Positions 46,444 through 54,790 of a stretch of 64,000 bases of DNA are shown piece after piece (position 1 is the stretch's first letter; each line of letters begins with the position of its first letter). The DNA lies in IMG/VR virus record IMGVR_UViG_3300032292_000703, positions 2,964 through 66,963 of that record; one strand, given 5' to 3'. A model generated the notes under the pieces. That model was not told the origin of the DNA. It did not search any database and saw only the letters and a program-made list of their open reading frames with translations. Made by a program: the position numbers and the translations under genes. The stretch is from a virus. Its lineage: Duplodnaviria > Caudoviricetes.

Positions 46444-49254
46444 ATGACATCCGATACCCGACTTCTCATTGAGAATTTGTATTTCAAAGAACTATTAAAC
46501 GAGGAAATACAATTTTTTGAACAATACGAATCACTCCTAGCTGACAGAACCAAGGAGTTTTTTGACATTTATTGTGAAGGTCTTGCATTTCAAAAAGCAT
46601 TGATACTTGAACTTGAATGTGTTCAAATTACCGACCAAATTCTTCAAGAAAAGTTTGGTGATCAATTTGCTGCCAAAGTTGCGGGTTTTGGTGCAAAAGC
46701 TGGTGCTAAGGTTTTGAATCTGGCCACTGGTGGTAAATTGGGTGGTACACTCGGTGACAAACTACGCAATAAAATGATGAAGGGTGTATCACCAGAGGAC
46801 TTGGCTACACGTACTTATTTGACCGCCAGAAACAAGAATTTCGTAAGAAGTGTTGGTGATTATCTTGGACAACTCAAGACATTTGACAAAACCTTGCCTG
46901 ACAAAGTTGGTATGGTACCAGTCAAAATGAGTGGTTGGGCAGGTGGTATTTGGCAAAAAGGAAAACAAATTTTGGGTGGTGCAGGTGACACTGCTTTGGC
47001 CGGGTTGGCTGTGCCGGGTGCTGCACTAACTGGTACAGTATTTGCTGGTGTTGGTGGTACAGAAAAACTTCTTCGTAAGTTAAACGAACTCTTTGATGCT
47101 GAATGGAAAAAGTTACAGAATCTTAAACCCGTTCAAGACTTTGATCGTTTGTTTGAAGTAAAGAAAAAGCTACTTCGTGATAAACTATCCAAGTTAGATT
47201 CAACTGGTAAAGAAACAAGTGCTATTATCAGCACTATCGATGCTTTAGGAAAATACGGTCGTGAAAATCCAATTAAATCAGGAATTATTATTGGATTGTT
47301 GACTTTTGCAACAGCCATAGGCGCAGGTACCTTAGGTTTAGTAACGTTGACTGCTGCACAATTGCCATTGTTGTTAGGTGCAATTGCATTTGTATTGAAC
47401 ACTGGATTTGAACTTTTGACCGGTCAAAGTGCATCATCCGCAGTTGGAAGTGGTATTAAAACCGGTATAAGCGCTGCTGCTGGATCTGCGGTGGGTGGTG
47501 GTGTAGGTGCTGCTTTATCTGAAAATAACTCATTAAAATTAACACAAATTGTTAATAATATTTTATCCGAAGCAGATGAAACACCTGCTACTTCCGGTTC
47601 TCCTGCTGCTCCTACTAATCCAACAACTCCAGCTGCTCCAGCTGCTTTAAATCCAAATCAAGTCAAAGCAGTTGAGAATTTGAAGTTGAACCTTGTAAAG
47701 GAAATTTCGACATATCTTAAAGATATTGCAAAAACATTTAAAGTTAAGGGGTCATCTACACAACAGTTGATCGATAACTTGAAAAAGATTCCACAAGCAA
47801 AAAGTGCTGTTGATATTCTTGAAAGTTTGATGGCAGAGTTTCCAAAGTATAAATTGGATTTTCCTGCTGATGTTGTGGTTGATGAGAAGGAAGCAGCAAC
47901 TCCACCTACACCTGCAACACCAGATGGTGGTGGCGGTGGTGGTCAAGGCGGTGGCGGTGGTGGTCAAGGCGGTGGCGGTGGTGGTCAAGGCGGTGGTGGT
48001 GGTCAAGGCGGTGGTGGTGGTGGTCAAGGCGGTGGTGGTGGTGGTCAAGGCGGTGGTGGTGGTGGTCAAGGCGGTGGTGGTGGTCAAGGCGGTGGTGGTG
48101 GTGGTCAAGGCGGTGGTGATACACCTCCAGGCACAACACCTCCAGGCACAACACCTCCAGGCACAACACCTCCGGGCACAACACCTCCGGGCACAACACC
48201 TCCGGGCACAACACCTCCGGGCACAACGCCTCCAGATGGAACTACACCAGCAGTTCCGGGTACAACTCCAAAGGTGGGATCAACAACTGCTGCTCCAACA
48301 CCTGATCAAATTAAGATGGTTAAGGCATTTCTATCAAAAGTAAATGATGTGTCTGGCTTCTTGAAAAACATTGATCCAAATACAGTAGATTTGGTGAAGT
48401 TACGTCCGGTTCTACTTACTTCATTGGATTTGTTTGATATTATTGTTGGTGGAAAGTATTCAGCGGTCAAAGTCAATAAGAATATTGACGGATTGTTTTA
48501 TGTTGCTTTGAGACCCCCACAAGTTCAACAAGGTCAACCTGCTGCTGGAGTTGTTAAAGAGGCAGCACAAACAAATATTCCATTGAACAAGGCATCAATT
48601 CAGATTCTTCAAAAACTAAAGAAGAATCCTCTTGTTGCTGGAGGTGTACTACAACGTCTTCAAAAGTTGATGACGATCAATCCAGCAAATCCAAATGATG
48701 CAAAGAACGTTCAACTATTTTTACGTTTGGTCAGAGATTCAATCATGACCAAGACTGATCAGATTGTAAGAAAGTCAGTTGGAACCAACACTGGTGTGTT
48801 GAGAAAGGAATTTTTGAGTGAAGCCATTACTTCCTCAGATATGACTACGTTCATTAACGAATTCAATTTGTTGGTTTCTGACTTGGTGGCACTAATACAA
48901 CAACTACGTAATATTAACCTTGCTGCAAAACCTCAGGCAGCAGTTAAAGACGGTCATACATTAGTTGGTAAAGGAAATGACGGTATTGGTGAAAACGATG
49001 TTTATCAGTTCACTAACAATAAGTGGTATTATTTTGGTAAGATTGATCAACTCAAAGCCACTGGTGAAACGGTAAAAGATCCAGAACTTTTAAAGGATTT
49101 GTCTATCGTAGCTGGAAATCGTGATGACTCTGATAAAGTTAAAAAAGCAAAAGATGCATCAAAACAAACTCCAAAACAGAGTTCTGAAAAGAAACCAACG
49201 ACTCCTGAAAAGGACAAAGGTTCTGAAACTAAACCAGAAGAACCCAAGAAGTAA
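46444..49254 (+). CDS. Large putative internal head/ejection protein with hydrophobic segments and low-complexity repeats
   Basis: 936 aa; LLNEE leader, Gly/Ala-rich hydrophobic aa ~175-200 and ~280-360, (G5-6Q)9 and (TPPGT)7; two TATTTAT motifs at 46414 and 46432. Confidence 0.75.
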   Translation: MTSDTRLLIENLYFKELLNEEIQFFEQYESLLADRTKEFFDIYCEGLAFQKALILELECVQITDQILQEKFGDQFAAKVAGFGAKAGAKVLNLATGGKLGGTLGDKLRNKMMKGVSPEDLATRTYLTARNKNFVRSVGDYLGQLKTFDKTLPDKVGMVPVKMSGWAGGIWQKGKQILGGAGDTALAGLAVPGAALTGTVFAGVGGTEKLLRKLNELFDAEWKKLQNLKPVQDFDRLFEVKKKLLRDKLSKLDSTGKETSAIISTIDALGKYGRENPIKSGIIIGLLTFATAIGAGTLGLVTLTAAQLPLLLGAIAFVLNTGFELLTGQSASSAVGSGIKTGISAAAGSAVGGGVGAALSENNSLKLTQIVNNILSEADETPATSGSPAAPTNPTTPAAPAALNPNQVKAVENLKLNLVKEISTYLKDIAKTFKVKGSSTQQLIDNLKKIPQAKSAVDILESLMAEFPKYKLDFPADVVVDEKEAATPPTPATPDGGGGGGQGGGGGGQGGGGGGQGGGGGQGGGGGGQGGGGGGQGGGGGGQGGGGGQGGGGGGQGGGDTPPGTTPPGTTPPGTTPPGTTPPGTTPPGTTPPGTTPPDGTTPAVPGTTPKVGSTTAAPTPDQIKMVKAFLSKVNDVSGFLKNIDPNTVDLVKLRPVLLTSLDLFDIIVGGKYSAVKVNKNIDGLFYVALRPPQVQQGQPAAGVVKEAAQTNIPLNKASIQILQKLKKNPLVAGGVLQRLQKLMTINPANPNDAKNVQLFLRLVRDSIMTKTDQIVRKSVGTNTGVLRKEFLSEAITSSDMTTFINEFNLLVSDLVALIQQLRNINLAAKPQAAVKDGHTLVGKGNDGIGENDVYQFTNNKWYYFGKIDQLKATGETVKDPELLKDLSIVAGNRDDSDKVKKAKDASKQTPKQSSEKKPTTPEKDKGSETKPEEPKK
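47926..48117 (+). repeat. Coding tandem repeat, (GGT/GGC)5-6-CAA x9, encoding (G5-6Q)9
   Basis: 18/21-nt units read directly. Confidence 0.95.
48121..48240 (+). repeat. Coding 15-nt tandem repeat ACACCTCC(A/G)GGCACA x7 plus one degenerate copy (TPPGT)
   Basis: Three CCA-type copies, four CCG-type copies, then ACGCCTCCAGATGGA. Confidence 0.95.
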
Positions 49255-49263
49255 TTAGAAAAT

Positions 49264-49297
49264 AAAAAACCCACTCTTTCGAGTGGGTTTCTTTTTT
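49264..49297. terminator. Bidirectional intrinsic terminator between convergent genes
   Basis: AAAAAACCCACTC-TTTC-GAGTGGGTTTCTTTTTT. Confidence 0.9.
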
Positions 49298-49311
49298 ATG
49301 TAGTATAAAGT

Positions 49312-50271
49312 TTATTCCATGTGGAAATAACGTTCCAGCATCATTCCACATTCTTGATATAGACCTTGCATTTTTCTCATAGATTCATCACACTCTGCTG
49401 CCATCTTTTTGAACTCGGTGGTCATCTTTTTTACTTCACCTGTATGTTTACGAATTGTTTTTTCGTCAAACCAAGCATTTTCTTCTTTGTTACCTTCGTG
49501 AAGTTTTTCGATTAGGTATGCTTCTGACAAATCACCGATATTGCCCATTTTATTTGCAACTTCCATGAGTTTCTTACGTGCTTCCAAAACTTCGTTATAC
49601 TTGTTATATTCAAATACAAGTTCTTGAAGCATCTTCTTTTGTTCTTTGGATAGACCACGTTGAACAACAGGAACAGCAGTTGAATGAACTGGTTCTGGGT
49701 GAGTTGTTTCAGCAACACCGTGTGGACTTACAGCAGTAATATCCGATTGAGGAGGAGACTGCTTAGAAGCTGGAATGTTTTCTAAAATCGATTTGAGTTT
49801 CATACTTTTGTATAAATAGTGATTTTCTGTCAATTCGTTTGTTAATGTATCAAAATAATCTAGTAGACCGGGATTTTTATCAGTACCCATCAAGTGACCA
49901 TATACTTTTTCTAATCTATATGAATTTTCTGGTTCAGACATGCTTTTCTTTTCCAACATCCATTTGTTATCTTTGGTTCTGGCAACACGTCGAGTGAATT
50001 TCTTTTCGTCATCTAATCCATTTGGAAGAGCATCTTCTTCCATGTAGTGACCATCGTCACCTGCGTTTTCGCCGGAGAATCCCATACTAGCAAACATTTC
50101 AAGATCACATGGTTTCCAATCTTTGAGACGGACCAAATGCGGATGTGTTGATTCTTCGGATTTGGGACCATTTAGCATATTGCTAGTATGCTTCATTTTT
50201 TGAATCAAATGAGGATGTTTGCCTTCTTTGTTTGGATTGTGTTGTTGTACGATACTGCTTGTTGTATCCAT
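49312..50271 (-). CDS. Putative head protein; probably two in-frame units with a second start MKLKSILE at 49803
   Basis: 319 aa ORF; internal TATTTATA (minus strand, 49811-49818) 7 nt before an in-frame ATG. Confidence 0.75.
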   Translation of the reverse strand: MDTTSSIVQQHNPNKEGKHPHLIQKMKHTSNMLNGPKSEESTHPHLVRLKDWKPCDLEMFASMGFSGENAGDDGHYMEEDALPNGLDDEKKFTRRVARTKDNKWMLEKKSMSEPENSYRLEKVYGHLMGTDKNPGLLDYFDTLTNELTENHYLYKSMKLKSILENIPASKQSPPQSDITAVSPHGVAETTHPEPVHSTAVPVVQRGLSKEQKKMLQELVFEYNKYNEVLEARKKLMEVANKMGNIGDLSEAYLIEKLHEGNKEENAWFDEKTIRKHTGEVKKMTTEFKKMAAECDESMRKMQGLYQECGMMLERYFHME

Positions 50272-50274
50272 ATA

Positions 50275-50793
50275 TTAAAGTCCTATTTCGTCGTTGACTT
50301 TTTTGAGAAACTCAGAAAGTAGAGCGGGATCACCTTTTGGATTGGTAAAACTATCAGATGTAATCAGTGTTACCTTAATTGGTTCTGGTTTTTCTGGTTT
50401 ACCGTCCTTGGACTGTTCTGGTTTCTCAGTTGGTTCTGTTAAAGTGAAACTCTTATAAGCTAACAAATTACCCACTTTGATTTTCTTAATCACAGTGGTT
50501 TTATTGATTGATTCCATTTTACCACCATTCAATACCTGTTCGGTACTCTTGTATCTTATTTCAAAAATGTTTCTAGCAAAAGGAGTTTTGATATTAGGAA
50601 CAGTTGCTGCCAACTTTTCTTCGTTTGTAAATGATACACCAATACTCAGTTTCAAATATGACTCAAACGTATTGGGAGGCAATAACGTTATGTCCTTTTT
50701 ATCAGCCATAACAACTCTCTCATCTTCTGTGATTATTTCATGAAGTAGATCTTTAATGAGGTTTTTGATCTTTTCTTTTGAGTTATTAGGCAT
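50275..50793 (-). CDS. Putative head protein (MPNNSKEKIKNLIKDLLHEIITED...)
   Basis: Start moved to 50793 because TATTTATA (minus strand, 50808-50815) lies upstream. Confidence 0.75.
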   Translation of the reverse strand: MPNNSKEKIKNLIKDLLHEIITEDERVVMADKKDITLLPPNTFESYLKLSIGVSFTNEEKLAATVPNIKTPFARNIFEIRYKSTEQVLNGGKMESINKTTVIKKIKVGNLLAYKSFTLTEPTEKPEQSKDGKPEKPEPIKVTLITSDSFTNPKGDPALLSEFLKKVNDEIGL

Positions 50794-50869
50794 AAATCGT
50801 GATGTAGTATAAATAGACGTTAATACTATACAAATACGAAGATTTTTTAATGTTTTGTAAAAACACATA

Positions 50870-50968
50870 TATTTATATCAAAATGCGGCAACGTCTTTGC
50901 TGCCACAATAATACAAATTCGATTGAAGTTCCTCCCCAATAACTTCAGAACCACAAGGAAAATATAAT
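50870..50968 (+). promoter_or_regulatory. TATTTATA motif and structured leader of the scaffold-capsid operon
   Basis: Motif 50870-50877; hairpins 50885-50903 and 50924-50947; AAGGAAAA SD at 50955-50962. Confidence 0.6.
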
Positions 50969-52042
50969 ATGTCCGATCTATTAAAAGAAGCGCTTGCGGA
51001 CGCCAAGGCTGTTCGTGCTACTGCTCTTGCTAATGCAAAGGTAGCTCTTGAAGAAGCATTTGGTGAACGTGTACAAGCATTGTTCGCAGAAAGACTAAAA
51101 GAAGAAGCATCCGAAGAGCCTATGGCATCTGATAAACCAGTTGAGATGCACGGTGGTGAAAAACATCTTGAAGAAGATGGTATGGCTCAAGAAGACTCAA
51201 TCAGTGATGCTGAACTAGAAGAAATCATTGCTGAACTTGAAAAAGATGCAATGGAAGAAGAGGGCGAAGCACCAGTTGATCCTGCTGCCGCAGCACCTGC
51301 TGCTCCAATGGACCCAACTGCTGCACCAGCACCTGCTCCAGCAGCTCCTCAAATGTCAGATACTCCAGCACCTGCTGCTCCAGTATCAGACACTCCAATG
51401 GCACCTGCTGCTCCAGCAGCCGATGCAACCGCACCAGCAGCACCTGCTGCTCCGGTAGATCCAATGGCTGCTCCAGCAGCTGACGCAACCGCACCAGCAG
51501 CATCTGCTGAAGAAGAAATTTCTCTTGAAGAACTTCTTGCTGAACTTGAAGCCGAAGAAGGTTTGAGCGAAGCCAAGGAAGACGGCGAAGAGGAAGAAAA
51601 AGACGGCGAAGAAAAAGGTGAAAAAGATGAATCCGTTTGGGAAGAACAGATTCAAGAAGTTACCTCACAACGTGATGAAGCGTTGAAGACCGTTGAGATT
51701 TTGCGCAACCAAATCAATGAAGTCAACTTGTTGAATGCCAAGTTGCTTTATACCAACAAGTTGTTCAAACAATTCAGTTTGAACAATCAACAAAAGATGA
51801 AGGTTGTTGAGAATTTTGACCTCACTACGAGTGTACGTGAAGTCAAGTTAACCTATGCTATTATGGCCGAATCGTTTAATTTGGGTGGATCAGTTGTTAA
51901 GAAGAAAAATACAGCTGCAACTACTATCACCGAAGGTTTGGCAAGTAAGGCAGTTGCAAGTACTAAACCTTCACAACCAATTGTGGAAGGTACAAACACA
52001 ATGGCAGAGAGATTCAAGACACTCGCTGGCATTAAAAAGTAA
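50969..52042 (+). CDS. Prohead scaffolding/core protein (T4 gp22-like)
   Basis: Acidic coiled coil with a PAAP-rich linker, EVNLLNAKLLY, C-terminal RFKTLAGIK; directly upstream of the capsid gene. Confidence 0.85.
   Translation: MSDLLKEALADAKAVRATALANAKVALEEAFGERVQALFAERLKEEASEEPMASDKPVEMHGGEKHLEEDGMAQEDSISDAELEEIIAELEKDAMEEEGEAPVDPAAAAPAAPMDPTAAPAPAPAAPQMSDTPAPAAPVSDTPMAPAAPAADATAPAAPAAPVDPMAAPAADATAPAASAEEEISLEELLAELEAEEGLSEAKEDGEEEEKDGEEKGEKDESVWEEQIQEVTSQRDEALKTVEILRNQINEVNLLNAKLLYTNKLFKQFSLNNQQKMKVVENFDLTTSVREVKLTYAIMAESFNLGGSVVKKKNTAATTITEGLASKAVASTKPSQPIVEGTNTMAERFKTLAGIKK
51276..51510 (+). repeat. Imperfect coding repeat (GCACCTGCTGCTCC-type) encoding a P/A-rich linker
   Basis: Repeated APAAP/DATAPAA units, including two copies of AAPAADATAPAA. 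Confidence 0.75.
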
Positions 52043-52082
52043 TAACGTCTGAAACAAATTAAACTACAAGGAAAAATATATT

Positions 52083-53708
52083 ATGAGTGCTGATGTAAAG
52101 TCACTTCTAACGACAAATATGAATCCTCAGGCTGAGCTTATGGCTAAGACCCGTGGATTGCAATCAAAGTGGGATCAAACTGGTTTGCTCGAAGGCCTAA
52201 ACGGCGTCGAGAAGGCCAATATGTCAATCCTTCTTGAGAACCAAGCAAAGCAACTTCTTGACGAAGCTACCGCAACCGGTACTTCTTCAAACAGTGAACA
52301 ATGGGCAGGCGTTGCTCTCCCACTCGTTCGCCGTGTGTTTGCTGAAATCGCAGCTAAGGAGTTTGTGAGTGTTCAACCAATGAACCTCCCAAGCGGTCTT
52401 ATCTTCTATCTTGACTTCAAGTATGGAACCAACAACGGTGCCTTCAGTAAGGACACTTCAAACAACTACAGTTCACTATTCGGTGGTACCGGCACCAAGC
52501 TTGGTTCAACCGACAGTGCAACCGGTGGTCTCTACGGTGCAGGCCGTTTCGGTTATTCAATTAACGACCAATCAATCAACCACATCACCGCTACCCGCGC
52601 TACTGTAAGTTCATTGAGCGGAGTTAACTTTGATGCAAACTATAGCGCTTCAGTTGCTGCTGGCGAAGTTTTCACTTTGACCACAACCAACTTGTACAGT
52701 GCTTCAAGTGCTGCTGGTAACGTGTTCGACGCTAACGGTGCTCGTTCATTCACCATCTCCGCTGCTAGTATCGTAACCTACTTCCCATCATTGACCTCAA
52801 TCAATGGTTCAGAAGTAACCTTCGTTGTTTCCGGTTCAAACCCTGCTTCCGCAAGTTTGACTGTTAACTACAGTGTACAGCCTAAGGATAGTAACCGTGG
52901 TGACTTCGAAGACAAGACCACAACCGACAGCTTGAGCTCAATCGGTATTCCTGAAGTCAACCTTGAGTTGAAGAGCGAGCCAATCGTTGCTAAGACTCGT
53001 AAGTTGAAGGCAGTCTGGACCCCAGAACTTGCTCAGGACTTGAATGCTTACCACAGCATCGACGCAGAAGCAGAATTGACTGCTCTCTTGAGTGAGTACG
53101 TTTCAATGGAAATCGACCTCGAAATCCTTGACATGTTGATCACCAACGTTCCAAGTGTAACCACTTCACGTTGGAGCGCAAAGATTAACCGCGAAATCAG
53201 CGACAGCGGTGTCATCACTGACACAACTACTGCTGGTACCGGCGGTTACTACACCAAGTCAACTTGGTTCCAAACTCTTGGTAACAAGATCCAAAAGGTC
53301 TCAAACAAGATTCACCAATTGACCCTACGTGGTGGTGCTAACTTCCTCGTCTGCTCACCAGACGTTGCAACAATCTTGGAGTCAATTCCAGGCTTCGTTG
53401 TCAACACCGACGGTGACAGCGCCAAGTTCGCAATGGGTGTAAGCAAGGTTGGTAACTTCGCAAGTCGTTTCCAAGTCTACAAGAACCCATACATGGTTGA
53501 AAACACCATCTTGGTTGGTTTCCGTGGAAACAACTTCCTAGAAACCGGTGCTGTGTATGCTCCATACATCCCACTCGTACAAACCCCATTGGTCTATGAT
53601 CCAGTGAACTTCACTCCACGCCGTGGTGTGATGACTCGCTACGCCAAGAAGATTGTCCGTCCAGAGTTCTACGGCAAGATTCTTGTCGGTGATCTCGACC
53701 AAGTATAA
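52083..53708 (+). CDS. gp23: Major capsid protein (T4 gp23-like)
   Basis: LPLVRRVF...VSVQPM..PSGLIFYL, AKTRKLKAVWTPELAQDLNAYH.IDAEAEL, YAPYIPL, F.PRRGVMTRY. Confidence 0.98.
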   Translation: MSADVKSLLTTNMNPQAELMAKTRGLQSKWDQTGLLEGLNGVEKANMSILLENQAKQLLDEATATGTSSNSEQWAGVALPLVRRVFAEIAAKEFVSVQPMNLPSGLIFYLDFKYGTNNGAFSKDTSNNYSSLFGGTGTKLGSTDSATGGLYGAGRFGYSINDQSINHITATRATVSSLSGVNFDANYSASVAAGEVFTLTTTNLYSASSAAGNVFDANGARSFTISAASIVTYFPSLTSINGSEVTFVVSGSNPASASLTVNYSVQPKDSNRGDFEDKTTTDSLSSIGIPEVNLELKSEPIVAKTRKLKAVWTPELAQDLNAYHSIDAEAELTALLSEYVSMEIDLEILDMLITNVPSVTTSRWSAKINREISDSGVITDTTTAGTGGYYTKSTWFQTLGNKIQKVSNKIHQLTLRGGANFLVCSPDVATILESIPGFVVNTDGDSAKFAMGVSKVGNFASRFQVYKNPYMVENTILVGFRGNNFLETGAVYAPYIPLVQTPLVYDPVNFTPRRGVMTRYAKKIVRPEFYGKILVGDLDQV

Positions 53709-53735
53709 TCTTGGGTAGACGATAAAGTCTAAACG

Positions 53736-53764
53736 AAGCCCCACTCGAAAGAGTGGGGTTTTTT
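53736..53764 (+). terminator. Intrinsic terminator after the capsid gene
   Basis: AAGCCCCACTC-GAAA-GAGTGGGGTT plus T-run. Confidence 0.92.
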
Positions 53765-53789
53765 GTTTTAATAGTTTATATTTAATACT

Positions 53790-54167
53790 ATGGAGTATAA
53801 ATCATTTTTTTCATATCTTTGGGAAGGTCGTCATGGCAGATTTTGGAGTGCGTACTGGCTGGACTCCCGTGGTATGTTTCACGAAGTGTACAGAGACGAA
53901 TCTGGAAAAGAGGGGCACTTTAACTTTGCAAAACAATATTGTCAAGAACACAGTATCAATTGTGAAGCATACGGTCCTATTGACGAACTGTTTAAACGTG
54001 GATGGATCAGAGTAACATACAATTATCATTTAGATAAGACACTTAATTTTGATTATGGACCAAGATTGCCCAGTGATGCACAACTAAAGTCTTTGAGAAA
54101 CAAAGCAGCAGAGTTGGGTGCAATATCAATTTTCGATGATAAACGCAACAAAGAAATCGAATTTTAA
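53790..54167 (+). CDS. Hypothetical protein with a MEYKSFFSYLWEG leader
   Basis: 125 aa; TATTTAAT at 53779-53786. Confidence 0.75.
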   Translation: MEYKSFFSYLWEGRHGRFWSAYWLDSRGMFHEVYRDESGKEGHFNFAKQYCQEHSINCEAYGPIDELFKRGWIRVTYNYHLDKTLNFDYGPRLPSDAQLKSLRNKAAELGAISIFDDKRNKEIEF

Positions 54168-54178
54168 TACTTATTTTT

Positions 54179-54787
54179 ATGATCAAGCTATCAGGAATTA
54201 TTGCTGGCGAAAACTATACTCCCGAACCAATGAAATTGGTAGGTAAATATGTAGTTAGTAAAGAACTTCAATTTCATTTGGATAAAGGATTGTCTTTATG
54301 TGAGAACGTATTTCGTGCATATACTGAAATGTACTTTGAATTGGTCAAGGAAGTACGTGATTTGTATGAACAAGATTTGATTGAAATCAATGACGAAGAC
54401 CTAGAGATGATTGAAAGTGATCTTTGTCAAGTGGGTATGTATGAAGGACGTGAAGTTTATCTTGATGCTCCTCTTGAGGAAGAAGAAGATGCACTACATG
54501 AAGTTAAGCACCGTGGTCGTACTGTTCATTTGAACAGACCGTTTAGAACTCCCGGTGGTGCCAAGAAGTTTGCTGTGTATGTTAGAGGAAAGGGCGGTAA
54601 TATCAAGAAGGTCAGTTTTGGTGATCCAAAGATGAGAATTCGTGCTAGTAGCAAAGCTCGTAGAAAGAGTTTTAGAGCACGTCACAAGTGTAGTCAAAAG
54701 AAGGATCGTACAACAGCAGGATATTGGAGTTGCAGAAGTCACAGAATCAAGAGTTTGGGAACCAAGAGCAAAGGAAGATACTGGTAA
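54179..54787 (+). CDS. Two-part putative head protein: acidic N-domain and a very basic C-domain
   Basis: MIKLSGIIAGE leader; C-domain KKFAVYV...VSFGDP.M....RRKSFRARHKC...AGYWSC; TACTTATT at 54168-54175. Confidence 0.75.
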   Translation: MIKLSGIIAGENYTPEPMKLVGKYVVSKELQFHLDKGLSLCENVFRAYTEMYFELVKEVRDLYEQDLIEINDEDLEMIESDLCQVGMYEGREVYLDAPLEEEEDALHEVKHRGRTVHLNRPFRTPGGAKKFAVYVRGKGGNIKKVSFGDPKMRIRASSKARRKSFRARHKCSQKKDRTTAGYWSCRSHRIKSLGTKSKGRYW

Positions 54788-54790
54788 TAT

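Noticed and set aside
47926-48240. Possible CRISPR array
   Set aside because: Contiguous in-frame tandem repeats without unique spacers; no cas genes
47752-48343. Poly-His, poly-Thr and poly-Val ORFs (47906..48226 -, 47752..48108 -, 47870..48343 +)
   Set aside because: Alternative-frame shadows of the Gly-Gln and TPPGT repeats, which lack stops in other frames; no promoter motif or start context
46444-49254. Tape measure protein call
   Set aside because: It lies in the head module, has a head-type leader and large disordered repeats, and no tail tube or chaperone genes are adjacent; left as a putative internal protein
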